Shown here one piece after another: positions 21,447 through 31,636 of a stretch of 59,414 bases of DNA. The first letter of the stretch is position 1, and each line of letters begins with the position of its first letter. Origin of the DNA: Sphingobacteriia bacterium (GTDB lineage Bacteria > Bacteroidota > Bacteroidia > Bacteroidales > TTA-H9); assembly GCA_021286705.1 (NCBI GenBank), contig JAJTBW010000002.1, positions 1 to 59,414 on the forward strand, given 5' to 3'. The notes beneath the pieces were generated by a model. The model saw nothing but the letters and a program-made list of their open reading frames with translations, did not search any database and was not told where the DNA came from. The translations under genes and the position numbers were made by a program.

Positions 21447-22490
21447 ATGCCAAACACCAACAATTTTATCTTAAGAACTACAATATTTACCTTAGTTTTT
21501 TTCTTAACCCAATATTGTATAAGCCAAGAGCAGCAGGCGAAGTTGATGTTCTGGAATTTCGAGAATCTTTTTAACCCAAGCAATGATATCAGTCCCGGGG
21601 ATGACCCTTATACGCCAAAAGGGGAAAATCATTGGACAAAAGCAAAGCTAAACCAGAAGCTTCAAAGGCTGGCCAAAACCATTATTTCAGTTGGAGAGGG
21701 AAATCTTCCATGGGCTATAGGTTTTTGTGAGGTAGAAGATGATTCGGTAATAAATAAATTGATCAGGTTTACACCGTTAAGTCTCGGTAAATTCAGATCT
21801 GTTCACTATGAATCAAAAGACCCAAGAGGTATCGATGTTGGGTTAATATATCGAACTGATCAATTAGACCTTTTATCAGCATGCCCTCTTGAAATTACTG
21901 ATAATAGTAATAATGGGAAAATCTACAGGGAGATCCTGTTCTGTCTTTTTGACTACAGAGAAAAAGCCAAACTAATACTTTTAATCAATCATTGGCCTTC
22001 AAGGTATGGCGGCAGAGAAGCCTCAGAACATGGAAGAATCAGGTGTGCTGAGAGATTGAATGCTATTGCTGATTCGCTGGCACGAGAATGGCCAGAGGCA
22101 ATAATCCTAGCCATGGGCGATTTTAATGACGAACCAAATGACTATTCAATTGAAACCGTTCTGGGTGCAACGGGATATAACTGCGAAAAACAAGGGAGGT
22201 GGATCAACCTACTTAAGGACTATTCAGAAAACAGTAAAACAGGCACCATTAAGCATCAAGCACACTGGTCGACATTTGATCAAATATTGGTTTTCAACCG
22301 TAATCCCAATGTAATAAATCGTCATTTAACAATAAAAGAAAGAAGCGGAGCAATATTCTCCGCCTCTTTCTTATTAGTTGAAGATCAAACTTGGGGTGGG
22401 TTAAAGCCCTTTCGAACTTACCAAGGACCAACCTATCTAGGTGGTTTTAGCGATCATCTCCCAGTCTATATCACACTCATATCAGACTAA
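21447..22490 (+). CDS. endonuclease/exonuclease/phosphatase (EEP) family protein, secreted
   Basis: 347 aa. Signal-like N-terminus. WNFENLF near the N-terminus, GDFND and SDHLPV near the C-terminus match the EEP fold pattern. Confidence 0.7.
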   Translation: MPNTNNFILRTTIFTLVFFLTQYCISQEQQAKLMFWNFENLFNPSNDISPGDDPYTPKGENHWTKAKLNQKLQRLAKTIISVGEGNLPWAIGFCEVEDDSVINKLIRFTPLSLGKFRSVHYESKDPRGIDVGLIYRTDQLDLLSACPLEITDNSNNGKIYREILFCLFDYREKAKLILLINHWPSRYGGREASEHGRIRCAERLNAIADSLAREWPEAIILAMGDFNDEPNDYSIETVLGATGYNCEKQGRWINLLKDYSENSKTGTIKHQAHWSTFDQILVFNRNPNVINRHLTIKERSGAIFSASFLLVEDQTWGGLKPFRTYQGPTYLGGFSDHLPVYITLISD

Positions 22491-22572
22491 CTTAACTTTT
22501 AAAAGATAATAACGTTTTATGACATCAAATAAAACGTAGATGATCTGCAAAACATCCAATATTCGCAAATGA

Positions 22573-23559
22573 CTATTCGATTCCTGAGAAATGTTTCATG
22601 AACTGAACACGTTCATAAGCCGCAGGGTTCTGTGAATTTTTGAGACTTAATTTACCTCTAAAATCTTCAATAGAATTAAACCCTTTTTGATCCATCCAGG
22701 AGGCGATTTTCTCATTCATCAGAGTCACTTCTGCAACACCTCGCTTATATAGAACACTGGTGACCTGAACAGCCTTTGCACCCGCTAGCAACAGTTTAAT
22801 AGCAGCATCACCGCTCTCAACACCAGTACTGGCACAAACATCGCAATGTAATCTACCACTTAACATGGCAATCCACCTTAAAGGCATCGATATATCAGAA
22901 GGATTACTAAATACAAATCCGGAAGTAACCTCCATTTTATCAATATCAATATCAGGAGAATAGAAGCGATTAAACATTACCATACCCTTTATACCAGTCC
23001 ATGAAAGTTGCAAAGCAGTCTTTCCTAAACTAGAAAAGTATGAGCTCATCTTAATACTTACGGGGATACTTACTACCTTGAGAATCTGATTAATGATCGA
23101 GTGATATACTGCCTCATTATCATCGCCGGTCCTATAAGTATCTGAAGGCAGCATAAACACATTTAGTTCTAATGCATCAGCCCCTGCCATCTCAATCTTT
23201 GAAGCAAAATCAAGCCATTCATTAGCTGAAACACAGTTAATACTGGCTATTACAGGGATAGTGAGCTTACTTTTAGCCTCTCTGATTAAATTAAGATAGG
23301 TCTCAAGACTTTCTGCACGGGTATACTGAGCAATATAATCATACGCTTCAGGATATACAGAACTATTATGGCCTTCGGAAGATGCCTTAAGTATCTCATT
23401 TCTGATTTGCTCTTCAAAAAGAGACTTAAGAACAACAGCACCTACACCTGCTTTCTCAAGTGCGACCAAGTTATCAATTTGATTGGTTATTCCGGAGCTA
23501 CCAGCAATAATTGGACTTTTCAGGGATAGTCCCATGTAAGAAGTATCTAAGCTAGCCAT
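22573..23559 (-). CDS. dihydroorotate dehydrogenase-like protein (class 1 DHOD/DPD family TIM barrel)
   Basis: 328 aa. G..L..P...aSG N-terminal pattern (GLSLKSPIIAGSSG), ELN and SIK motifs. Confidence 0.7.
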   Translation of the reverse strand: MASLDTSYMGLSLKSPIIAGSSGITNQIDNLVALEKAGVGAVVLKSLFEEQIRNEILKASSEGHNSSVYPEAYDYIAQYTRAESLETYLNLIREAKSKLTIPVIASINCVSANEWLDFASKIEMAGADALELNVFMLPSDTYRTGDDNEAVYHSIINQILKVVSIPVSIKMSSYFSSLGKTALQLSWTGIKGMVMFNRFYSPDIDIDKMEVTSGFVFSNPSDISMPLRWIAMLSGRLHCDVCASTGVESGDAAIKLLLAGAKAVQVTSVLYKRGVAEVTLMNEKIASWMDQKGFNSIEDFRGKLSLKNSQNPAAYERVQFMKHFSGIE

Positions 23560-23635
23560 TGTTGTATAATTATCAATTTGGTATTAGGGGTTCGTTAAAA
23601 CAAACCTACACTTTTTTTTTCTTTTAGCAATGTGG

Positions 23636-25201
23636 TTATGGCAGTGATTCACCTATTTTTCGGGAAACTTCTAGTGGACTTCTTGAGATAAGAGAAGAAT
23701 ATTCTGCTTTATTCTGAATTAACCTTAATGCTTCAATGTAAGCCAACTCAGTTGGGATAAGAATTATATTATAAACATCCGCAGAAAAAAGATATCTTCC
23801 AATCGAAGCCTTCACCATAGCCATCATCATTCCCTTTGTCAGATCATCCATCTTTGAATACAAAACCCCTTTAGACTCCAGTACATGTATAAATTCATTC
23901 ATAGTACAAGTGTCTATGGTCCATTTTTTGACATAACGCTCAGGGTCTGAATAATCTGCTAGAATCTTTTCACGTAATGCCTGACTCTTTTGTAAGGCAA
24001 AAACCGAGACTGCACTTAACCGTATAGCCTTATTCCAGTTGACAGTACTTAGACTATCAGGTTTGGGCAATATATAGTCAGGCATGATACCACCACTGCC
24101 TGATACGCTCCTTCCATGATCTGTTAAGTAGATTAAAGAATCTTTCTGTAATACCCCGGATGAACTGATCGACTTATAAGGCCTCTGAATGACTCTACCT
24201 GAAGGGGTATGATATCTCGCAATTGTAAGTCGAATCGCAGATCCATCTATAAGATCAATTGGGCGTTGGACTAACCCTTTTGAAAAGGTCTTAGAACCTA
24301 GAATAATGGCTCTATCATGATCCTGAAGCGCACCAGCCACAATTTCAGAAGCCGAGGCAGTAGCACCATCGGTTAAGACTATCAGCTCACCATCCACAAA
24401 TAAACCCTTACCGTCTGAGAAATAGTCTTCTCTCTTACTATTCTCTCCCTCTGTATAGGTGATCAATTGGCCTGCTTGTAGAAACTGATTCGCAACCTGA
24501 ACCCCAATATCCAAATACCCTCCTGTATTTCCTCGAAGATCAAGAATCAATCGCTTCATTCCACGACCCTTTAAGAAGGTAAGTGCCTCGGTTAATTCTT
24601 TCGTCGATGTACGGGCAAATCGTTCAAGTTTAATATAGCCAGTCCTTTTATCGGACATCCAATAAGAGGGAATACTCTCCAGATTTATACGCTCGCGATT
24701 TACCAAAAATTGAATAGTATCACTCTCACGCAAGAAGAGCAATCTTACTTGAGTGTTTTCACGACCTCTGATTCGTTTGGTCAAACTCTCGGTTGAAAGT
24801 CCGATAGCTGATTCATCATCAATTTTTAAAAGGTAATCCCCGCCTAAGATTCCAACCCGTTGGGCAGGACTTCCATTGATTGTCCCAGTAACCACAACCG
24901 TATCATTAAGCGTAAGATATTGCATTCCTACTCCTACAAAAAGCCCATCCAATTTTTCTGTAGCATCTTTTTGTTTAGCAGGAGGAAGATAAACGGTATG
25001 CGGATCCAGATGCTTAAGCATACCTTCTATTGTCAGTTCGCTTAAGCGTTTCATGTCCACATCATCAATGTAACTACTCTTAATCTGATTCCAAACCTGA
25101 ATAATCTTCTGTAATGAGCTATCTGCCACAGTATTTTGTCCATGAAGAACAACACAGCCCATTAAGATTAACAGTAAAAGACTAAATTTTACAAGTCTCA
25201 T
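23636..25201 (-). CDS. S41 family C-terminal processing peptidase with PDZ domain
   Basis: 521 aa. Signal peptide, PDZ-like GSPAQRVGILGGDYLLKIDD, RGNTGGYL, a Ser nucleophile in GATASASEI and Lys in TFSKGLVQ. Confidence 0.88.
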   Translation of the reverse strand: MRLVKFSLLLLILMGCVVLHGQNTVADSSLQKIIQVWNQIKSSYIDDVDMKRLSELTIEGMLKHLDPHTVYLPPAKQKDATEKLDGLFVGVGMQYLTLNDTVVVTGTINGSPAQRVGILGGDYLLKIDDESAIGLSTESLTKRIRGRENTQVRLLFLRESDTIQFLVNRERINLESIPSYWMSDKRTGYIKLERFARTSTKELTEALTFLKGRGMKRLILDLRGNTGGYLDIGVQVANQFLQAGQLITYTEGENSKREDYFSDGKGLFVDGELIVLTDGATASASEIVAGALQDHDRAIILGSKTFSKGLVQRPIDLIDGSAIRLTIARYHTPSGRVIQRPYKSISSSGVLQKDSLIYLTDHGRSVSGSGGIMPDYILPKPDSLSTVNWNKAIRLSAVSVFALQKSQALREKILADYSDPERYVKKWTIDTCTMNEFIHVLESKGVLYSKMDDLTKGMMMAMVKASIGRYLFSADVYNIILIPTELAYIEALRLIQNKAEYSSLISRSPLEVSRKIGESLP

Positions 25202-25472
25202 CTTTATATTAATTACTTTCTTTCAAACATAATTATTTTATCCCAACAATTCTCTTTCTCGTTACAAGAAGTAACCATTGTTTATAAAAAACAAATGAAA
25301 AGAGCCACCTTATCTCACTTGAAACCAGCCTATTTTACCATTACACGTATAAACCACTTTTTTAGCTTTCTAATCAATCGAATTGAGCAACTAATCGATA
25401 ATATTGATAATAATTTGTAACACATATATCAATGAGATAGCCAATTGTAGAGACCAAAATGACTAATATAAA

Positions 25473-26171
25473 ATGAGCTATTCACAAGAGAAAAGCACCA
25501 TCAGAGAGTGGGCAGAAGACGATAGACCAAGGGAGAAGTTAATCTTAAAAGGAGCCAACTCGCTCAGCGATGCAGAGCTATTGGCGATCCTCATCGGTAC
25601 CGGAACACGGCATGAAACAGCTGTCGACCTAGCCAAGAGTATTCTCGCTGCCTTTGACAATGAACTACAAAAGCTAAGCAGAACTGATCTCAAAGAGCTT
25701 ATGCAAATCAAAGGGATTGGCCCCGCTAAAGGAATAACAATCTTAGCCGCACTCGAACTCGGTCGACGAAGGCTAAATAAAAACAACAAAGAGAAGGTAA
25801 TCATCAACGCAAGCAATACCGCTTATGATGAACTCGCTGGCCAACTGATCGACTTAGACTATGAACAGTTTATGGCACTATTTCTTAATAATAGAAATGA
25901 GGTAATTGAAAAATATGTGGTAAGTCGCGGCGGACGAACCTCCACGGTTGTCGATCCCGTTTTACTCTTGAGATCGGCAGTCTTGGCAAAGGCAAAAGGA
26001 ATCATTATCGCTCACAACCATCCCTCAGGGAACCCTCAACCCTCTCCAAGCGATATCACTCTCACAGGACGTATTAAGGAAGCTTCAGCACTCTTCGATA
26101 TACAACTCCTAGATCACTTAATCATAACCAATAATCAATACCTGAGCTTTGCCGATAAAGGCATGCTTTAA
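25473..26171 (+). CDS. radC: RadC-family JAB/MPN domain protein
   Basis: 232 aa. HhH segment IKGIGPAKG and JAMM motif AHNHPSGNPQPSPSD. Confidence 0.9.
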   Translation: MSYSQEKSTIREWAEDDRPREKLILKGANSLSDAELLAILIGTGTRHETAVDLAKSILAAFDNELQKLSRTDLKELMQIKGIGPAKGITILAALELGRRRLNKNNKEKVIINASNTAYDELAGQLIDLDYEQFMALFLNNRNEVIEKYVVSRGGRTSTVVDPVLLLRSAVLAKAKGIIIAHNHPSGNPQPSPSDITLTGRIKEASALFDIQLLDHLIITNNQYLSFADKGML

Positions 26172-26384
26172 AGTAATTCAAATCTTCATCATTACTTATG
26201 TTATCTCAGCCACCGGGTTTCGGCTACGCTCAACCACCGGGTCGCTGTCTGAGCGGAGTCGAAGGCAAAGGGTGGGGACATGTTTTGGCCTTTCATTTAG
26301 GGTGTTCATGTGTCGAAGTCAGGAAATATAATCTAATACCCCTCTGCTTAAGGTAATCCGGCAACCAAATTATCAATCACATAT

Positions 26385-26421
26385 AAAGAGAAATAGCCCG
26401 GATCAAAGAATGATCGGGCTA
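26385..26421 (-). terminator. Rho-independent terminator of rpsT
   Basis: TAGCCCGATC ... GATCCGGGCTA stem, followed on the minus strand by TTTCTCTTT. Confidence 0.6.
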
Positions 26422-26448
26422 CAAGCTTTTATAATAAGAAGTAATGAC

Positions 26449-26700
26449 TTACAGAGTATTAACTCTTCTCATTAACTTCGACTTCAGGTTCGAAGCTTTG
26501 TTTTTATGAATAATAGCTCTTTTTGCTAATTTGTCAAGAAGAGAAACAACCTTAGGAAGCTGAGCTACAGCTTCAGTCTTTTCTTCCAGACTACGGAATT
26601 TTCTAATAGCATTACGCATGGTACGAGCATGGTAACGATTTCTAAGTCTTCTTTTTTCGTTCGAGCGAATTCTTTTAAGAGCTGATTTATGATTTGCCAT
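26449..26700 (-). CDS. rpsT: 30S ribosomal protein S20
   Basis: 83 aa. [13 protein letters not shown]-terminus, a highly basic helical protein. Confidence 0.95.
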   Translation of the reverse strand: MANHKSALKRIRSNEKRRLRNRYHARTMRNAIRKFRSLEEKTEAVAQLPKVVSLLDKLAKRAIIHKNKASNLKSKLMRRVNTL

Positions 26701-26739
26701 TGCGTTACGGATATTTTATTTCCTATTCAAACGGGAGTG

Positions 26740-26747
26740 CAAAATTA
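26740..26747 (-). promoter_or_regulatory. -7 promoter motif TAATTTTG upstream of rpsT
   Basis: Exact TAnnTTTG match on the minus strand, 40 nt upstream of the start at 26700. Confidence 0.45.
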
Positions 26748-26894
26748 ACAATTTTTCATCATCTTACACTACTTGCAGCAATTATTTTCACTTTTTCTTT
26801 CAAAAAATATACATGAAGACACTCACATTATGCTATACTTTATGCTTTATTTCCTGTCATCCGGTCGTTTTAATCACCCCTAAATCCGAGCTGT

Positions 26895-28412
26895 TCAAAG
26901 CGAATTCAACTCCCGGAAAATCTTCTTAATTCCCCTATTAATATCGTCACTATCAACCGCTTCTACTCCAATGCTCTTAATGGCAATATCAGCTGCTTTA
27001 CCATGCAACCATACCCCAAATAATGCAGCTTCAGAAGGGGAATATCCTTGAGCAATTAAGCCGGCTATTACTCCCGTCAGGATATCGCCTGTACCACCTT
27101 TGGCTAATGAGGGATTTCCCGTAATATTAAACCAGATCTTCTCACCCGGAAAGGTAATTGAAGTATGAGCCCCTTTTCTTATAATAATCACCTGATACCT
27201 GTCTGACATCTCCTGCTGAATTCTGAACGCATCAATACTATTATCAACCGGCCCAAACAGACGATCAAACTCACCCGGGTGCGGAGTCAAAATAGAGTAT
27301 GGAGGAAGTAGTTTCATCCACCCACTATTCATTGATAATATGTTAAGAGCATCAGCATCAAGAATCAAAAAGCCACCATATCTCGTAAGTAATGAATATA
27401 ATCTGTCTTGAGCTATCTGCCCGGTTCCCATTCCAGGGCCAACAGCTACCACATTATACTGTTGCCAGTTAACATCAACTACCGAAGCATCATCATCAAT
27501 AACAGAGGTCATTACACCCGGAAGCGAAGTGTTAATTACTGGAATAAGACGATCAGAAACAGCTAATGTAGTCTTACCGGCTCCTGAAGTAATAGAGGCC
27601 TGACCTGCCATCAAGATTGCACCTCCCATTTCCCGATTACCACCAATAAGCAAAGCATGACCAAAACTCCCTTTATGCACAAAACGCTTTCGGGGTCTAT
27701 AAATATTATGTATTACATCATCAGTTATTAGCCACGCCAAAGGAGATATTGCCTCTAAATAATCACTATTTAAACTAATATCCAAAGGCACTAACGAACC
27801 AATAAAATCCATATTTTCAGGCAGCAAGAAAGAGAGCTTTAAAGGCAAAAAAGTCAGAGTATAGTGCGCCCTAAAACAACTATCGGGTGTTAAAACAAAT
27901 CCATCTGCAGTCAGTCCACTTGGGATATCAATCGCTATTCTTATATAAGCTCCTCGATTCACCTTAGTAATAACTTCACTAACCTCGACACTCAGCTCCT
28001 TATTTAAGCCAGCCCCAAACATAGCATCAATGATAACACTTTCAGGCTTGGGATTAAAAAGGGTCTTTGTCTCCTCAAAAGGATGTATTTTAACAAGTTT
28101 CTGGTAGACCAGCCTTCGCTGATTGATCTCAAAGGAGCTACTAAAAGGACCATCTGCGACCAACCACACCGATGTTTTAAAACCCCATCCGGCAAGCCAT
28201 CGGGCCACAACCAATCCATCACCACCATTATTACCCGGGCCACAAAGCACATGAATACGTGATGCCGGGGCCATGTTCTCTCGTAACCAGTATGCACAAA
28301 GTGTTGCTGCCCGCTCCATTAAATCAATTTCAAGGATTGGTTCCCGCTCTATGGTTGCTGCATCAGCCTCACGAATTTGCTGTGCCGACAAGATTTTATT
28401 TAATCCTTTCAT
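26895..28412 (-). CDS. nnr: bifunctional NAD(P)H-hydrate repair enzyme (epimerase + ADP-dependent dehydratase)
   Basis: 505 aa. N-terminal YjeF_N pattern GPGNNGGDG and C-terminal carbohydrate-kinase pattern GGTGDILTG. Confidence 0.9.
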   Translation of the reverse strand: MKGLNKILSAQQIREADAATIEREPILEIDLMERAATLCAYWLRENMAPASRIHVLCGPGNNGGDGLVVARWLAGWGFKTSVWLVADGPFSSSFEINQRRLVYQKLVKIHPFEETKTLFNPKPESVIIDAMFGAGLNKELSVEVSEVITKVNRGAYIRIAIDIPSGLTADGFVLTPDSCFRAHYTLTFLPLKLSFLLPENMDFIGSLVPLDISLNSDYLEAISPLAWLITDDVIHNIYRPRKRFVHKGSFGHALLIGGNREMGGAILMAGQASITSGAGKTTLAVSDRLIPVINTSLPGVMTSVIDDDASVVDVNWQQYNVVAVGPGMGTGQIAQDRLYSLLTRYGGFLILDADALNILSMNSGWMKLLPPYSILTPHPGEFDRLFGPVDNSIDAFRIQQEMSDRYQVIIIRKGAHTSITFPGEKIWFNITGNPSLAKGGTGDILTGVIAGLIAQGYSPSEAALFGVWLHGKAADIAIKSIGVEAVDSDDINRGIKKIFRELNSL

Positions 28413-28509
28413 TATTAATCCCTATGATACGTTTTTTAAAGAGAAAGTTGAAAACCTTATGAAGGTAGAAATATTCAGGCATACGCCAAAACAATTTCAG
28501 CACAAACAA

Positions 28510-28541
28510 GACCTCCCTTCCTAATTAAAGAAAGGGAGGTC
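28510..28541 (-). terminator. terminator hairpin downstream of the response regulator gene
   Basis: GACCTCCCTT ... AAGGGAGGTC perfect 10-bp stem with a T-rich tail on the minus strand. Confidence 0.5.
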
Positions 28542-28635
28542 ATATCTTACTTAACAAGAAAATCCTAAAGATGTATATTAGGTAGGCGATAAAATCAATG
28601 TCTCAGGGTAAGCCCGAACAACCTTAAGTCAATGA

Positions 28636-29397
28636 CTAACCAATTGATCTGGCATAATTATGCAAATCTAGCATAAAATCACTCTTCTTTCTCACTGAAA
28701 CCTCTAATTCAACTCCACCTTCCATCTTAACCGACCCTCCTTTGCCCCTGATATACTGTACACAGTATCCAAGATTTACAAGGTATTTACTATGGATTCG
28801 TGAAAAATGCTGATCATATAATAGCTTCTCAAATGACGCCAACGGACGACTTGCCAGTAGTTTTTTACCGCCTACAAGGTAAAACATCGTATAAGTATCA
28901 GAAGCTTCAAGATAGAGAATCTGATCAGATTTGACTATATGAATAGCTTCAGCATCAGGAACCAATATGCGTGAAGGAAGAATTCTTCTTGCTTCAAGAA
29001 TCTTATCAGTACAGTCGCTAGCTTTTCCCGATAAGGCATTGAATCGAGTTAACGCCTTTTCCAGATCTTTTTGACGAATTGGCTTTACTAAGTAATGGAT
29101 TGCATGAACATCAAAGGCTCTCACTGCCTGATTATCGAGTGAAGTAGTAAAAATAACCTCAAAACCATGGTAAGTAACCTGCTCAAGAACATCAAATCCT
29201 TCACCATCCGTGAGCATAATATCAAGAAATACCAAATCAGGCTCAACTGAGTCAATCAAAGCCACCGCTTCAGCTACATTTCCTGCACTACCAATAATCC
29301 TAATCCCAGGATTAATATTATCCACTAACTGACTAATAATCAACCTAGAGGTTTGATCATCATCTACAATTACCGCTTTAATACCTATCTTATCCAT
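28636..29397 (-). CDS. LytTR-family two-component response regulator
   Basis: 253 aa. Receiver domain (VIVDDD acidic pocket, phospho-acceptor context LVFLDIML, K in LVKP) plus a C-terminal LytTR-type DNA-binding domain. Confidence 0.88.
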   Translation of the reverse strand: MDKIGIKAVIVDDDQTSRLIISQLVDNINPGIRIIGSAGNVAEAVALIDSVEPDLVFLDIMLTDGEGFDVLEQVTYHGFEVIFTTSLDNQAVRAFDVHAIHYLVKPIRQKDLEKALTRFNALSGKASDCTDKILEARRILPSRILVPDAEAIHIVKSDQILYLEASDTYTMFYLVGGKKLLASRPLASFEKLLYDQHFSRIHSKYLVNLGYCVQYIRGKGGSVKMEGGVELEVSVRKKSDFMLDLHNYARSIG

Positions 29398-29506
29398 TAC
29401 TCTTTTTTTTATAAAGTTACATCATAATATTATCGAAAGTTCTAATTTAAAATAAATATTCATTTAGGTATTAACTAACCTGAATTCTTAACTTTGCAAG
29501 AAAAAA

Positions 29507-30586
29507 ATGTCTTTTGCAGAGCTACTAAATCAGGATACTTTAAGTCGCAATGACCTCATTGAGATGTTAAACTCAAGTGGAGATGATCGAAAGTTGCTTT
29601 TCTCAAAAGCAGCAGCGATTAAAAAAGAGTATATAGGCGATAAGGTCTATTTTCGTGGGTTGGTTGAGTACTCAAACCGTTGTGGCAAGAACTGTTTCTA
29701 TTGTGGTGTTCGAAAGGGAAACCAGAAGGTTTCAAGATACACAATGACAGATGAGGAGGTCCTGGAGGCTGCAAAATTCGCCTATGAAAACCATTATGGC
29801 AGCATGGTTATTCAAGCAGGGGAACGAAGTGACGATTGGTTTGTTGAGAAAATTGAAGATCTGTTATTAAGAATAAAAGATATCTCAAACTCAACTCTGG
29901 GTATCACCTTGTCTTTGGGAGAGCAATCACAAGAGACCTATCGAAGATGGAGAAAGGCAGGGGCAAAAAGATACCTTATTCGCATTGAGACCTCCAACAG
30001 AGAACTCTATAGCCAATTGCACCCAAACGACAGTATTCACGACTTTGACGCCCGCATACAAGCTCTTAGAGATCTCAGAGCAGAAGGTTTTCAGGTTGGC
30101 AGTGGGGTCATGATTGGACTACCAGGACAAACGATCTCCCATCTTGCCGATGATCTTCTCTTCTTTAAGACAATGGACATTGACATGGTTGGGATGGGGC
30201 CTTACATCGAACATGTAGACACCCCACTGTATGCTCGTATACAAGAGCTAGAGCCTCGCGAATCACGGTTTGATCTGGCTCTTAAAATGGTAGCCTCACT
30301 ACGTATTTTAATGAAAGACATCAATATAGCCGCAACCACAGCCATGCAAACTATTGATCCACAAGGCAGAGAAAAGGCACTGATGGTTGGGGCTAATATC
30401 ATTATGCCTAATCTCACCCCTGTTAAATACCGTGAGAATTACAAACTCTACGAAGATAAACCATGTATGGATGAAGATGCTGACGAATGTCGCTCATGCC
30501 TGGAGGCAAGAATTCATATGTCAGGAAACCAAATCGGGTGGGATGAATGGGGTGATTCAAAGCATTATGCTGCTCGTCAAAGCTAA
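29507..30586 (+). CDS. radical SAM protein, HydE/BioB-like
   Basis: 359 aa. CGKNCFYCGVR (CX3CX2C) cluster motif about 60 aa from the N-terminus. Length and overall pattern resemble HydE/biotin-synthase-type TIM-barrel radical SAM enzymes. Confidence 0.6.
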   Translation: MSFAELLNQDTLSRNDLIEMLNSSGDDRKLLFSKAAAIKKEYIGDKVYFRGLVEYSNRCGKNCFYCGVRKGNQKVSRYTMTDEEVLEAAKFAYENHYGSMVIQAGERSDDWFVEKIEDLLLRIKDISNSTLGITLSLGEQSQETYRRWRKAGAKRYLIRIETSNRELYSQLHPNDSIHDFDARIQALRDLRAEGFQVGSGVMIGLPGQTISHLADDLLFFKTMDIDMVGMGPYIEHVDTPLYARIQELEPRESRFDLALKMVASLRILMKDINIAATTAMQTIDPQGREKALMVGANIIMPNLTPVKYRENYKLYEDKPCMDEDADECRSCLEARIHMSGNQIGWDEWGDSKHYAARQS

Positions 30587-30597
30587 AGTTAAATCCC

Positions 30598-31164
30598 CTA
30601 TCTTCTGATAATTATCTGACGACTAAATACCTGTCCCTCTTTCTCAATCTTCAAAGTATAGCAGCCGTCGAGCAGGCTCGTAATATCAAGTTCTATGTTA
30701 TCTTTTAGCTTACCAAAATAGACCTGCTTACCCATACAAGTAAATACATAGAGACGGCCTTTATCAACACCCTTAACAACCAACTTATTCTTTGAGGCAT
30801 TAACCAATACCTGAATCTCACTCCCCTCGAATGAATTAACACTGTACCCATCACTGACTTTTGACTGCTCTTTTCCAGGTACACAAACCACCTTTCCAGC
30901 ACTCTGATGGCTCATTGCTAATCGGATGTGATGATCAGTGGCCCGGCTCTTAGAACTACCTTTTGATTTAACCTGATTCCTAATTGTATCAACTCTATCA
31001 GATTCATTTCCAGCAAAAACAAGACTTGATGCGATCGTAAATAAGGGATGATTAAGAGCCATTGAAGAAGAAGAAAAGCCAGCTCCAAATATCAACTTGC
31101 CAGGGCCCATCATCATAACAAGTAACGTGGTGAAAAGAATAAGTCTTCTGGTATTGCTGTTCAT
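30598..31164 (-). CDS. secreted protein with T9SS-type C-terminal sorting domain
   Basis: 188 aa. N-terminal signal/TM segment. The last about 70 aa (LYVFTCMGKQVYFGKL...GCYTLKIEKEGQVFSRQIIIRR) have the typical Por/T9SS CTD pattern. Confidence 0.55.
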   Translation of the reverse strand: MNSNTRRLILFTTLLVMMMGPGKLIFGAGFSSSSMALNHPLFTIASSLVFAGNESDRVDTIRNQVKSKGSSKSRATDHHIRLAMSHQSAGKVVCVPGKEQSKVSDGYSVNSFEGSEIQVLVNASKNKLVVKGVDKGRLYVFTCMGKQVYFGKLKDNIELDITSLLDGCYTLKIEKEGQVFSRQIIIRR

Positions 31165-31621
31165 GAGTGCTAAATTACTACAATCTGAACGTAATCTCAG
31201 TACTTGACACCATTTTCTCTTACGTTACCTGTAATATCTCCTTTAATGCCTCGACATTGAAAATAACTACGCACTAATTATACTCTAATATTCAATCACA
31301 TATAAATACTCAGCAATTATAGTCATGTTCGGACGAACATTATAGCAATGTTCAAAGCGGATCAAGATTCCAAAAAATACAATTTCAGAAGTTTCTTATC
31401 TAATAACCACTAAAACAGTTAAAAAACGGAAGGTGACACATCCAAAGATGGGGCATCAGTTATACAAAACACACACAACTTACTGTAAAATTTAAACTTT
31501 GGCCTGATTGTTGTATATAATACACTCAGAAGTTCTGACCACTTTTTAACTATTATCGAAAAAGTCTAAAGTATCAACGGATTATTTTCAACTCCGTATA
31601 CAATGAACACCAAAATGTTAC

Positions 31622-31629
31622 TATCTTTG
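31622..31629 (+). promoter_or_regulatory. -7 promoter motif TATCTTTG with no annotated gene downstream
   Basis: Exact TAnnTTTG match on the plus strand, inside the 966-bp gap between two minus-strand genes. Confidence 0.35.
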
Positions 31630-31636
31630 TATCAGA

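Noticed and set aside
25478-25816. 112-aa minus-strand ORF inside radC
   Set aside because: It is a Ser/Leu-rich antisense shadow of a CDS with clear JAMM motifs.
26219-26263. GC-rich hairpin TTCGGCTACGCTCA ... TGAGCGGAGTCGAA (12/14) with a CCACCGGGT direct repeat, between convergent radC and rpsT
   Set aside because: I considered it as an isolated attC-like site or mobile repeat. It has no TAAC/GTTA termini or family motifs. It is most simply a transcription-terminating or REP-like hairpin in a convergent gap. The 60-aa ORF over it (26149-26331) is likely spurious.
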